Positions 20,842 through 30,753 are shown, counted from the first letter of the stretch. The stretch is 64,000 nt of DNA from Candidatus Nezhaarchaeales archaeon (GCA_038887515.1 JAWAKK010000001.1:640001-704000); one strand, 5' to 3'. Translations and numbers: made by a program. The notes: generated from the letters alone by a model not told the origin.

Positions 20842-21621
20842 CTATCGTATTAAGCCCATCCTTCTTACGATACTTCTTACAGCTACTAGAGCCGGGCTAT
20901 CGTCGGGTAGTTCTAGTAGAGATTTACCTTCAAGGTTGAAGCGGAAGATATTTTCGTCGTACGGAACTATGCCAAGAGGTTCGACGCCTATCTCTTTGGC
21001 CTGCTCGTATAGTAGGGCTTCTTGACTTGGAGTAAACTTGTTCCCAACTAGGAATATTCTCTTAAATTGTATGTGAACTTCCTTCGCTAATTTCTTTATT
21101 CTTGAGGCTGTAAGAAAGCCCATTCTACTTGGATCTGTAACCATTATCATGTAATCTACGTCCCTATCGGTCCTCCTGCTAAGGTGTTCAAGACCGGCCT
21201 CCATGTCCATAAGGGTAATAGCGTAATTCCTTGATAGCGCATCTACAACCTCAGTCAATATATCATTTACCATGCAATAGCATCCTTCACCCTCAGTTCT
21301 ACCCATGACTAGTAGGTCAAACTCTGGAAGTTCCTTCAGCACCTCAAATACCTTATACTCAAGCAGGTCCCTCTTAGATATTGTAGGTGGAAGCTCTCCT
21401 TGATCTATGGCTTTCTTAAGCTCGTTTGTCACGTCGCCTATGGTCTTCTCAACCTTTACGCCTAGGACCTCGGGAAGATTAGTGTCAGGGTTCGCATCTA
21501 CAACGAGGATTGACTTAACACCAGCCTCTATGAGAGACTTGAGCGTTAATGCCGTAATTGATGTCTTTCCTACCCCTCCCTTACCTGCAACAGCTATTAC
21601 GAGTTTTTCGCCTTTAGACAA
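20842..21621 (-). CDS. cooC: CO dehydrogenase/ACS nickel-insertion ATPase CooC/AcsF
   Basis: GKGGVGKT, GCYC and DMEAGLEHLSR motifs. The true start is probably TTG at 21621; the longer ORF-track start is spurious. Confidence 0.9.
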   Translation of the reverse strand: MSKGEKLVIAVAGKGGVGKTSITALTLKSLIEAGVKSILVVDANPDTNLPEVLGVKVEKTIGDVTNELKKAIDQGELPPTISKRDLLEYKVFEVLKELPEFDLLVMGRTEGEGCYCMVNDILTEVVDALSRNYAITLMDMEAGLEHLSRRTDRDVDYMIMVTDPSRMGFLTASRIKKLAKEVHIQFKRIFLVGNKFTPSQEALLYEQAKEIGVEPLGIVPYDENIFRFNLEGKSLLELPDDSPALVAVRSIVRRMGLIR

Positions 21622-21716
21622 GGAAACCAGCCTCAATAAGCAAATTATCAGCTCGTGATAAAAGTACTTAGCGCGCTTTATAAGGTGAATAATAAAAGTT
21701 GCAGAGGTCTTGGGGC

Positions 21717-21851
21717 TTAGGTGGAAAGCTCTTCCCTCTTTAAAACCTTCTTGACGAAGTCTGGTATCTTCGATGAATCTCTCGGCCCTACAAGAATTCT
21801 CCACCCTGCTAGAAGCTCTTCAAGTTCACCACTCAATCTAGCTGCTCTACC
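21717..21851 (-). pseudogene. cdhE: 3' fragment of a second, diverged cdhE
   Basis: Translates GRAARLSGELEELLAGWRILVGPRDSSKIPDFVKKVLKREELST*; 32 of 38 residues are identical to the C-terminus of the intact CdhE at 22829-24244. Confidence 0.88.
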
Positions 21852-21959
21852 CCCAAAGATCTTCACGTCAATGTCTCTCCTAGAGTACTAAAAGACTCAA
21901 GTGTCCATCGCATATTCGATATGTCTCTTTGAGTATGCCTAGCTAAAGAGAACGATAGG

Positions 21960-22146
21960 TTGATTCCTAGCCCTTTACCTAGTGTATGGCTTGTCCGCCT
22001 TCTTAATACACATAGCCATTGTCGCCGAGGCGTCTTAGCCGATGATTATCTACAATCCGTACAGCAAGCCAACAGTAGTGGATCCGCTGCAAATACCTTG
22101 CGTTGGCGCTAGTGGAGCCATATATGGGCTTCTAGGAGCCTACCTA
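21960..22146 (+). pseudogene. Rhomboid protease internal fragment
   Basis: FLALYLVYGLSAFLIHIAIVAEAS*...PCVGASGAIYGLLGAYL, containing the rhomboid GASG motif and an in-frame stop. Confidence 0.7.
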
Positions 22147-22329
22147 AACTACCTGCTGGAGCTGAAGAGAGGGGCGGAGGAGCTATATCGAGGAGGGAGG
22201 AGCATTGAGGAGGTAATAAATGAGCTCTTCCAGAACCCGCCACAGAAGGTTCTGCTAATGGAGATAGTCAGCGAAAAGGAATGGGCTCGCAAGAACATGG
22301 TTAAATCACTGCTCGGCCTCAAGCGTTAA
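22147..22329 (+). pseudogene. C-terminal fragment of another gene (MBL-hydrolase-like), fused in frame to the rhomboid fragment
   Basis: NYLLELKRGAEELYRGGRSIEEVINELF...NMVKSLL resembles the C-terminal helices of MBL hydrolases; there is an abrupt switch from TM to soluble character. Confidence 0.45.
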
Positions 22330-22373
22330 GTTAGCGATGCGTCTAAATCATCAATAAATTTGAAGGTGAGAGT

Positions 22374-22510
22374 TTAACCCTGTCTAGGCTCGGCTGAAGA
22401 GGGCTTCTCTTGCGCTTCGCTCTTCGGCTCCTCGATCTTCTTAAGCTCAGCTTCTATCTCCTTCTCTATCTCCTCTACGGGCTTTGGTGGAGGAGTTAAT
22501 GCAGCTTATA
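22374..22510 (-). pseudogene. C-terminal fragment of a small archaeal membrane protein (TPPPKPxEEIEKE family)
   Basis: LTPPPKPVEEIEKEIEAELKKIEEPKSEAQEKPSSAEPRQG*; the N-terminal TM part is missing. Confidence 0.6.
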
Positions 22511-22753
22511 GAGTAAGAGGTGGAAGCTCTCCACTATCTATCACCTTCTTGAGCTCGTTCGTGACGTCGCCACCAGTTCTATGGACCTTCATGCCCAACA
22601 CTTCGAGCAAGTTAGATGCTGGATCAGCGTCGACGACGAGTATTGATCTAATCCCCATGTCTACGAGTGACCTTAGCATGGGTGCTGTGATTGTTGTCTT
22701 ACCGACAGCCCCTTACTCGGGACAGCTATTATAAGCTTCTGGCCCTTCGACAC
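22506..22753 (-). pseudogene. cooC: Truncated, frameshifted cooC paralog
   Basis: VSKGQKLIIAVPSKG/(1-nt deletion)/VGKTTITAPMLRSLVDMGIRSILVVDADPASNLLEVLGMKVHRTGGDVTNELKKVIDSGELPP; colinear with the N-terminus of the intact CooC. Confidence 0.88.
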
Positions 22754-22828
22754 TTAAGACCCCGTTAAAAAGCTGTTAAGATTGGGAAAAAGATTGTTGG
22801 GGTTTGTTCAAGAAGTAGCTTAAGTCGA

Positions 22829-24244
22829 CTATATCTTCCCCTTAAGCACCTTCTCTACGAACTCAGGTATGGCTGATGAATCCCTTGGACCTATTAGAAT
22901 CTTCCACCCCGGAAGAAGTTCTTCAAGCTCACCGCTAAGTCTAGCTGCCCTACCCGGTATCACAAGCACTTTCTTCTTAAGCTTCTCATTCAGGCCGCTA
23001 GACTTTATGGCTTCAGCGAACTTTTCTGCCGTCAACCTTCTACCGGCTACTGACGACTCTACGCTCAAGCCCTCGCTATCCACCACAACCAAGTAGGCAT
23101 CTATCTTAGCGTTCTCTATGTCGCCTCTAACCAAGAAGTACGTGAGGGCAAAGTTGCCCGTCGCGAATACTGGTGAAACATCGGTGGGCTTACCTATTTC
23201 GTAGACTCCGGGCTTAACCGATGGTGGCACTCTCGGATCTGTGTAAATGTTCTGTCTCCATACCAAGACAGGCATTAAGACCCAAGGATCAAAGCTATGC
23301 ATCACTAAGAGGTCAGCGTACCTTGTCATCATTATCGATGCTATGTAAGACTCCTTCATCTTCTTCTCGACTTCTTCTCCTTCAGGCTCCATCCAAACCA
23401 CGGCTGGCACGGCCATTAGTGGAAAGCCTACCAACTTGTCTTCTCCATCTATTGCTGCCTTCCTCAGCATCGTGAACATGTTGATTGTCTCGGCTAGTGA
23501 ATCTCCCTTCACGAATGTTCCTGGATCTAGCACTATGTCCTCGATCCCTGCATCAACGAAGGTCGAAGATAGACTCTTCAGCAGGTCTAAGTTCCCTGGC
23601 GATGAGATGGTTATTGGGCACTTGTACTTGCCCGCCAAATCAAGCATCTCTCTCCAATTGTCCTTAGTTGCGGCGTATATGAGGGGTCTCTTGTCGCCAA
23701 CGACAGTTAGTGCTTCTTCTATTACGTCCGGGTTATAGGAACAAAGTATTAGGGGAAGGGATGTATTCTTTGAGATGTTGTCGGCAGCCTTAGCGAATTT
23801 TTCAGGTACGTCGGATGTACACCTCAAAGCTATCATATCGAGCTTGAGGAGTTGACCTATTCTCTCAAATTTGAGAGATTCAACAGCTTTAACTCTACTT
23901 ATAAGAGATTTTTCGTCTAATTCATCTATCACATCTATCGCTATTGCTGTTGGGTTATGCCACGTAAGCTCATGCCTATACATCACTACTTTATTTCCAA
24001 CAGTTACTTGGCTAGGCGGAACTCCTATAGCCACCGACTTCACTGGAGGCCTTACAAGGTTTAGCGCCGCTTCAAGTTTGCTCTTGTACTTCGGGTCCTC
24101 AAAGAGGGGCTTGCATGTCTTTATGTCTGCCACTCTATCAGCAACTTTAGCGGCGAATACCATACACGTAGTTTCGCCACATTGACCGCAATTCGTCTGC
24201 GGTAGGAGCTTGTACACGTCGAGAGGTCTAAGTATTTTAGGCAT
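22829..24244 (-). CDS. cdhE: ACDS gamma subunit (corrinoid FeS protein large subunit)
   Basis: LPQTNCGQCGETTCMVFA, IYTDPR and TGNFALTY motifs. Confidence 0.95.
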   Translation of the reverse strand: MPKILRPLDVYKLLPQTNCGQCGETTCMVFAAKVADRVADIKTCKPLFEDPKYKSKLEAALNLVRPPVKSVAIGVPPSQVTVGNKVVMYRHELTWHNPTAIAIDVIDELDEKSLISRVKAVESLKFERIGQLLKLDMIALRCTSDVPEKFAKAADNISKNTSLPLILCSYNPDVIEEALTVVGDKRPLIYAATKDNWREMLDLAGKYKCPITISSPGNLDLLKSLSSTFVDAGIEDIVLDPGTFVKGDSLAETINMFTMLRKAAIDGEDKLVGFPLMAVPAVVWMEPEGEEVEKKMKESYIASIMMTRYADLLVMHSFDPWVLMPVLVWRQNIYTDPRVPPSVKPGVYEIGKPTDVSPVFATGNFALTYFLVRGDIENAKIDAYLVVVDSEGLSVESSVAGRRLTAEKFAEAIKSSGLNEKLKKKVLVIPGRAARLSGELEELLPGWKILIGPRDSSAIPEFVEKVLKGKI

Positions 24245-24248
24245 AGCG

Positions 24249-25448
24249 CTACACCTTCATTTTAATCCAATTGCTATAGCTTATTTCTCCTAATTTGATG
24301 TCTAGCTTTGGTTTCGACAAAATCTCTGCTAGTCCTTTAACTATCTTAGCCGCCATAGGATGCATCATCATGAAGATGTTGGCCCCAGCCATCATGCCAG
24401 CAATGGCAGTTGTTGCTTCCCAGAGAGGCCCTCTAAGCTCTCTAGGGCCCCATTCTTCAACCTTCATCCACGCTTCTCGAGCCGCCCAAGCGTTTGTTGC
24501 GGCGCACGATATAGGTACTTGAAGGGTCTCATCACCCATTAAACCTGAGAGCCTAATCCTCTCCATAACGCTAAACGAGTATTCGATTCCGTAACCCAAG
24601 GCACCCGTTGTGGGATCCAATATTAGGTGATCCTTTGGAAGGCCTGCACTTATGAGCTTCCTTGAAAGTTCCTTTGCCTGGTTTATGTCCATGAAGGCGA
24701 GCGCTATGACGTTATGCCCCGTCTTGACCATTGATTTAGCCACAGCATCTAGATCCATATCTATCGTAGCTGATGCAAAAACTAGCCTCTCTCCTGCAGT
24801 TATCTCGCCTACATATTGAAATATCTGTAGATCTTTTTGAGGATTTCCTGATCCCCCGACAATTATTGGGACGTCAACGGCTTGAAGTACCCTTTCAACG
24901 GCTTTGGCCGCCTCCTTCACGGGGGTATCTTTCAAGGTAGGATCCGTACTAACTAAGTGTAGAGACACTAGGTCGGCTCCATATACCTCTATGGCCTTTC
25001 TAGCCCATTCGGCAGGATCATCAAGGACATCTTTATAAGCATTCTTAACCGGCCCTGCAAGCGGCACTATTGGTTGATCGAATACGTCTAACGCTACCAC
25101 GGGCCTATTCTTTGGTGGACTTTCAAATCTATAGAATGGAGGACAAGTGTCTCCCCCTATTTTTATTACTTTATGCCTAGTACCGCCTTCAGCTCTCGTT
25201 GCTCCTATCTGTACTTCGCATATAGAGCCCGGATACTTCATTAATGGTGGCTCAAATTTTTCGACCTTGAACTCTATTAACTTCTTAAGTGCTGCGGCTG
25301 CTTCAGGAACTAGTTTAGTCATCGTCTGAAGTATTGTTGGCAAGAACTCTACGACTAACTCTTCGGCTTCTATTTCGACATCTTCAAGTTCCAATTCCTC
25401 TGCTTCACCGAACAATTTAAATAGATCGAAGAACTTATCTTCGCTCAC
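24249..25448 (-). CDS. cdhD: ACDS delta subunit (corrinoid FeS protein small subunit)
   Basis: IGATRAEGGTR, GGSGNPQKD, DPTTGALGYGIEY and AWAAREAW motifs. Confidence 0.95.
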   Translation of the reverse strand: MSEDKFFDLFKLFGEAEELELEDVEIEAEELVVEFLPTILQTMTKLVPEAAAALKKLIEFKVEKFEPPLMKYPGSICEVQIGATRAEGGTRHKVIKIGGDTCPPFYRFESPPKNRPVVALDVFDQPIVPLAGPVKNAYKDVLDDPAEWARKAIEVYGADLVSLHLVSTDPTLKDTPVKEAAKAVERVLQAVDVPIIVGGSGNPQKDLQIFQYVGEITAGERLVFASATIDMDLDAVAKSMVKTGHNVIALAFMDINQAKELSRKLISAGLPKDHLILDPTTGALGYGIEYSFSVMERIRLSGLMGDETLQVPISCAATNAWAAREAWMKVEEWGPRELRGPLWEATTAIAGMMAGANIFMMMHPMAAKIVKGLAEILSKPKLDIKLGEISYSNWIKMKV

Positions 25449-26851
25449 TTCTTCTCGACCTTTTTGATTATCAGCTTCTTAATCGATATCTTAGCACCTT
25501 GAAGGATTATTCTGATGCCGCCAGCTGCTAGAGATGCTCCTACTGGGATGCCAGTCACTTCAACACCAGTCGTAGCTGAGACTACTGGTACCTCCTCCTT
25601 AGGCTTTTCTGGCGGAGCTACTGCAGCCTCCATCTCTTTTATCTTAGTTGCAAGTGGATGGCCTTTTTCCACAAGGAACTTCTTCAACTCTTCGATATTA
25701 GATGCATCTTTCTCGGTCGCTATCTTATCATAAATCTCTGAAGGTATAGCATCTTTGACCCTTTCTTTGAGTTCTGATGGCATCCATACAACCCTACTCC
25801 AGCCTCCATCAGCTTGGAAGAACTTCGGCGATCTGAAGTACTCGATGCCCATCCCCAGGAACCCCTCGGTCTGTATGCCTCCTCCAGTTTGAGCGGCCAT
25901 TGTCGAGAACGGTAGGCCGTTGACGGCATTTCCTCTAAAGCCTCTGTGGATAAAGCCTATTCCATCGACTTCAGGTATGTAGAAGGCTATGCACTCAAAG
26001 CATCCACACGATGTGTGCGGGTAACCAAACATAGAATACAGAAATACCCTCTTTACCGCACCTAGAGACCTTTTAGAGACAACCTCGTTAACTCCTTCGT
26101 ACTCACCTTTTACTGGGTCTAAGCACTTACCCTTCGGTATTGGAAAGTTAGGTCCTTTAGGATCAACGCTTGCTGCGGCCCTAGCATCGAACCACGTAAG
26201 AGCTCCGCATAGAGAGACTCTATTAGGAGCTATTACGCAGACGTGTTGCGGAGCGAAGGACTGACAAAGTACACAGCCATAGAACGTGTCTACGTCCTCG
26301 TCCCTTATTGCTCGCGCCCTAGCATCCCTCGCTTCATAAATCGCTAGAGCTTTGCTGTACCATTCCTTAACTTTCTCTAGATCAGTAATGAAAGTCACTT
26401 CCATTTTCTCTATGAATGGCATCTCAGCTTTAAATAGCCTTAAGAGGGCCTTGCCCCACCACTTTAGGCTTGTCAATCCCTTCTTGAAAGACTTCTTACT
26501 TATTCTAATCCATATATCGTATCTCTGATTTAAGTGCATGACTCCTTCAATATAGTTCGTATATAGGTGAATCCTTCTCTCTATGACTGGTTCAAGATCT
26601 TTCTCGATTTTAGTGCCAGCAACCTTAATCAATATGCCGAGCGGATAACTCTCTCCCTCTTTAAGCTCGTTGAGGTCGGGGCCTATGATCTTCACGGATT
26701 CGTCCTCGACTTCCTCCATTGGAGCTGAGAGCACTAGTTCGAACTTATAAGGAACCTTGGCTCCACCGAACTCAACGTACATGTCTTCCTTTCGTATTCT
26801 CTCTCCCTCATATATTGGGCTTACCTCGACTGGAAAGCCTTCAAAAGACAT
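25445..26851 (-). CDS. cdhC: ACDS beta subunit (acetyl-CoA synthase)
   Basis: YEGERIRK, CVLCQSFAPQHVC and PHTSCGCFE A-cluster motifs. Confidence 0.96.
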   Translation of the reverse strand: MSFEGFPVEVSPIYEGERIRKEDMYVEFGGAKVPYKFELVLSAPMEEVEDESVKIIGPDLNELKEGESYPLGILIKVAGTKIEKDLEPVIERRIHLYTNYIEGVMHLNQRYDIWIRISKKSFKKGLTSLKWWGKALLRLFKAEMPFIEKMEVTFITDLEKVKEWYSKALAIYEARDARARAIRDEDVDTFYGCVLCQSFAPQHVCVIAPNRVSLCGALTWFDARAAASVDPKGPNFPIPKGKCLDPVKGEYEGVNEVVSKRSLGAVKRVFLYSMFGYPHTSCGCFECIAFYIPEVDGIGFIHRGFRGNAVNGLPFSTMAAQTGGGIQTEGFLGMGIEYFRSPKFFQADGGWSRVVWMPSELKERVKDAIPSEIYDKIATEKDASNIEELKKFLVEKGHPLATKIKEMEAAVAPPEKPKEEVPVVSATTGVEVTGIPVGASLAAGGIRIILQGAKISIKKLIIKKVEKK

Positions 26852-26871
26852 CTACATCACACCTTTTTGAT

Positions 26872-27399
26872 CTATTCTTTCAGAACCTTAATTACGTTAT
26901 TTAAAACTTGCTCCCATTCTTCTTGACTTAAGTTGGGTATTGAAAAGGTAGCGTTGGGGTGAAAATATCTGTCGAGCGAGAGCGTCCTTAAATGCGGTGC
27001 AAAGTTTTTGAGTACCGACAACATTTGAGATTGAAGTTGGTACGAAAGACCTATGAAGATCACTAAATCGTGGGGCCCCTTGCCATCTACACTCCATGCT
27101 GGATCCTGGAGCCTATTAGTCACATCGGCTACGGTCATGATTGTGGTGGGCTCTACACCTCTATCCCTTAACGCCTTGCACGTATGGGCGGTAGCTACAA
27201 CGGGTAATCCTATCTTAGCTATCTCAGCTACGAAGTCTATTAGGGGTTTGCCGCTCCATGCATCCTTGAGAGCCGCTCCCCCAACTATGAGTAAAGGTCT
27301 TTTAGCATTTTTTATTAACTTGGCGACGACGTCACCTTTTACTGGCGTAGCCATCTCATGACCTGGCACATTACCCCACTGCCAGGGCTTAACAGTCAT
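26872..27399 (-). CDS. cdhB: ACDS epsilon subunit
   Basis: KNAKRPLLIVG, DGKGPHDLVIFIG and YFHPNA motifs. Probable start is MTVKPW. Confidence 0.92.
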   Translation of the reverse strand: MTVKPWQWGNVPGHEMATPVKGDVVAKLIKNAKRPLLIVGGAALKDAWSGKPLIDFVAEIAKIGLPVVATAHTCKALRDRGVEPTTIMTVADVTNRLQDPAWSVDGKGPHDLVIFIGLSYQLQSQMLSVLKNFAPHLRTLSLDRYFHPNATFSIPNLSQEEWEQVLNNVIKVLKE

Positions 27400-27417
27400 A
27401 GCCACGACTACCACCTC

Positions 27418-29772
27418 CTAGACTCTAACAAGTCTTTTTAGGAGCGTTGGATCTATAGATGGCTTTTCCCATGGCTTCCAGCCAACTTCCTTTAAGCACT
27501 GCATTATCTCATCCTTGAAGGTTATCGGTATGTCGGCCTCAGTTCTGATGAAGAGGTGAATATCTGGTGGCAACTTTCCGTAGAGCTTCTTGTATAGGTC
27601 AACGTAGTGGGTCAATTTAATCATCCTACCCTTTGTAGTATCGTTTGGTCTTATGCATAGTTTGGCAGTCCAGACCATGCACTCCTCCATGGTTTCGAGG
27701 GCTATGATCAAGTGTTCAGGTACTGGTCCAACCCAAACCCTTTCTCCAGTCCTTGCATCATAAACAGTAAAGGACTCCCTGTCCTCGGCTTTGCCTAGAT
27801 ACATCCTCCTATACTTTGACCCTTGCGGTCCAATTATGACTGGTATCCCTAGTCTGTTACAACCGGTAGCAATGGATGCCGCCTTTTGAGAGTATGCCCC
27901 CCAAGCGACGCCTACCGCACCAACCCTATTAAGTATGTAATCTGCTATTTCCTCGTAGTTCGCTCTTAAAGGTCTTTTAGCGAATATGTTGGCTATCTTT
28001 ATAGCCGCACCGGTTATGTGGGCATTTGCTACACATGAACCGACATTGACGACGCCGCCCCTCTCGAATGCCCCTGAAAACTCTTCGTATATTGTCTTGC
28101 CTTCTTCGCTTCTCACATAAGAGGCTACCATTGCTGAGCAACCTGAAAGGGTTACTATGTACCCTCTCCTAGCAAACTCTCTTGCCATAGTTGCAACTTC
28201 CCTTCCACCGTTCGGAAAGTTCGCACATCCTACGTAAGCCACAACTCCAGGTATCTCGCCAAGAACTATTGGAGAACCGACCTCCCTTATTTCTGTGTCG
28301 AGTATTGGACCTCTACCAACCCTCATTCTGTACTTCTCGCTCTTAATCTTCTGCTGAGATGCCGCTTCAATCAGCGATAAAGCAGGTATCTTTCTTGGAC
28401 AGGCTTGTTCGCATCTAGCACATCCAAGGCATACGTCGTGTAACATCGACAGTAACTCGAAGTCCCCTTTCTTAGCGTTAAATACTGCCTGATCCACGGG
28501 TAGATCTATTGGACAGTTCCTTCTACAAGTACCGCAAAGCGTACATCCAGCTGCTTGGGATTGTATTTGCGATGCATCAGGTATTACCTTAAACTTCTGC
28601 CTAACAGGCGCCATCCTTATAGCGGTTATAGCTGTAACTGCGCCAGCTTTCTCAAGGTCTGGAAGGAATACTCCAGGTGTCGAACCGCTAACCAACATGT
28701 TCACGATTTTTTCTATCGGTAGTTCGCTGACGTCAGGTAATCCGTAAGACGCCTTGTCTGAAACGGCTATAACGGGTGTCTTTACGCGCTGCGCTTCGTA
28801 GACGACGTTAGTTCTAATGCATTGTTCGTCGACCATTATTGCATCGGCCGCCCCCGACCTTATAATTCTTAGTTGATCTGATATCGGGCCAACTATCTTG
28901 GCCTGATCTCTGTATCTCGTTATATCGTGGGCTGTGCAACATAAACCTCCTATTTCGACTGTTTCCCCTGGACCTCCAAGGCCTGTCTTCTCTAAATAAT
29001 CTATGACTCCTATTCCAGCTGAAACGTTGTGGCCTATACATAAAACCACTGGCTTAGTTAAATCTAGTACTCCGAGCCCGACCCAAGTTAGGGGGGCATT
29101 AGGGTCTCCCTTGGGGAATTTGAATGTTATTATTTGGGCAACGTCAGCTATCTCCATTGCTAAGTGGTCTATCATCCCTACGTGAAGGGCCTTAGACTCG
29201 AAGTCTATGTAGCTACCTTCTTGTCCTGTATGTGAAGCTGCTAAGCATTGGGTTACCTGCTCTTCGCAATAATTGAGTAAGTAAGCTAGGTCGCCTAAAG
29301 TTTTTGGTTTTATCCCGGTTATCAGCCTTGCGTGAGGCATTTCGATAGCTATGTCCTGACCTAAGTTTATCGGGTAGTCCTCACCATATTTCTTAATTAG
29401 ATGGTCAACCATGTGCCTAGCGTGTGCTAAGTGAGTAGACGCTCCGATACAACAGGCGATCAAGACTATTCTGGCAGTCTGCCCTTTCATGTCAAGTCCG
29501 CATGCCCCAAGCTTTCCCTTAGATAGATCGCATTTCCCGTAAGTACATAAACAGCAGTAGTCGCAGAAGGGCGCATAGAAGGGCTTATACCTATTTAGCA
29601 ATAAGTGATCCCAAGCTCTAAGCGTTGAAATGGTTGGGAAGGGCGTTGGCCCTAATGGCTCCCACTCCTCTTCCATTGCTAGTCTCCCTATGGCAACTTC
29701 AACATCCTTTGCGTGAACAAGCCCGCTCGTCAACTCTTTAACCGAGAACTTCAAGGGGCCTTTTTCGACCAT
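27418..29772 (-). CDS. cdhA: ACDS alpha subunit (CO dehydrogenase)
   Basis: CDYCCLCTYGKC, C-cluster ligands (GHN, CCTAHD, DEQC, GCA, SGC, GSC) and two extra CxxCxxCxxxCP motifs. Confidence 0.96.
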   Translation of the reverse strand: MVEKGPLKFSVKELTSGLVHAKDVEVAIGRLAMEEEWEPLGPTPFPTISTLRAWDHLLLNRYKPFYAPFCDYCCLCTYGKCDLSKGKLGACGLDMKGQTARIVLIACCIGASTHLAHARHMVDHLIKKYGEDYPINLGQDIAIEMPHARLITGIKPKTLGDLAYLLNYCEEQVTQCLAASHTGQEGSYIDFESKALHVGMIDHLAMEIADVAQIITFKFPKGDPNAPLTWVGLGVLDLTKPVVLCIGHNVSAGIGVIDYLEKTGLGGPGETVEIGGLCCTAHDITRYRDQAKIVGPISDQLRIIRSGAADAIMVDEQCIRTNVVYEAQRVKTPVIAVSDKASYGLPDVSELPIEKIVNMLVSGSTPGVFLPDLEKAGAVTAITAIRMAPVRQKFKVIPDASQIQSQAAGCTLCGTCRRNCPIDLPVDQAVFNAKKGDFELLSMLHDVCLGCARCEQACPRKIPALSLIEAASQQKIKSEKYRMRVGRGPILDTEIREVGSPIVLGEIPGVVAYVGCANFPNGGREVATMAREFARRGYIVTLSGCSAMVASYVRSEEGKTIYEEFSGAFERGGVVNVGSCVANAHITGAAIKIANIFAKRPLRANYEEIADYILNRVGAVGVAWGAYSQKAASIATGCNRLGIPVIIGPQGSKYRRMYLGKAEDRESFTVYDARTGERVWVGPVPEHLIIALETMEECMVWTAKLCIRPNDTTKGRMIKLTHYVDLYKKLYGKLPPDIHLFIRTEADIPITFKDEIMQCLKEVGWKPWEKPSIDPTLLKRLVRV

Positions 29773-30285
29773 TAACTAAACCTCCAATAATGCGGCAAGA
29801 ACAAAATAACTGCCTCTATAGAATGTTTTAAAACTTACGCGTAGAAATCATTCGAGAGATAAAATCGATTAAAAGTGCAACGAAGTAGTAATTGAAAGGT
29901 AATGAATTTAGCGCTTGCATAATATTAAAAGCAAGAATCCTCTTGTTAACAAGTCATAGCACATAATCCTTCAAAGAGTAGCTTCGGCAACCTTAGTACA
30001 GCTACAATATTAAAAAGTACGCGGATTTCAACGTTATCTCGACGAACTCGCTCAGTGAGGTATCTAAACAGTTTGTCTATGAAAGTCATTATTTGTCGGT
30101 CCAGAAAAGTTTTCGACGAACGCTTGAACTTATGCTCGTACTCCCTAGCCATACAACGCCGTAGGGACTGTACCTCGCTGACTTTCGGCAAAAATAACTC
30201 TTTACTACCCATCGTTAACTGATGATTTAACGGTTATTCGAAGAACATATTAGTTAATCTCCTTGTAGAGGTATTTGGATCTCTC

Positions 30286-30705
30286 ATGTTCGAGAAGGGA
30301 GAGTTAATTAGCATAAGAGAGTTGGAGGGAGGGTTAACCCACGATAGGTTCCTGCGGAGCGCTGTTCAACAGAGGATAAAAGCGTTTAAAGATTTGAAGC
30401 CCGAAGAAGTTAAGGTCGTTGCCATAGCTGTAGGCGGTAGGGTCGTAGACTTTAAGATTGATGAGTCGACTGCTTGGGCTATAGCGGTGACTCCGCTACC
30501 GGGCTTCCACATAGTTTACTGTATGCAGAAATACTCACCAGAGTTTGAGGATACCATCGAAGTGCTATTCTCGAAGAAGGCTTTAGAGTTTGGGATGCCA
30601 GCTGAAGATGCCAGTGAGTGGGCTATTCTATACCTAAATGCAATGATATACGCAGCCAGGAAAATACTTAAGAAGGATTTTGGGAGAATCTCACATTACC
30701 TCTAA
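30286..30705 (+). CDS. DUF3786-like protein
   Basis: The C-terminal pattern TPLPGFHIVY...PEFEDTIEVLF...MPAED resembles DUF3786 (recalled consensus lP..pi..i.w.gDeEFpa...ilFd....l..ED); divergent from cdhA. Confidence 0.6.
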   Translation: MFEKGELISIRELEGGLTHDRFLRSAVQQRIKAFKDLKPEEVKVVAIAVGGRVVDFKIDESTAWAIAVTPLPGFHIVYCMQKYSPEFEDTIEVLFSKKALEFGMPAEDASEWAILYLNAMIYAARKILKKDFGRISHYL

Positions 30706-30753
30706 CACATTAAAGCATAAAAGTCTCTAGCGTCGGTTTAAGGAGAATGTGGA

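Noticed and set aside
21622-21804. 60-aa N-terminal extension of CooC in the ORF track
   Set aside because: It overlaps the cdhE relic in another frame. CooC homology, and the paralog's start, begin at about 21621.
22042-22329. 95-aa ORF as a genuine gene
   Set aside because: It is a chimera of rhomboid and MBL-like fragments, with upstream rhomboid sequence interrupted by a stop.
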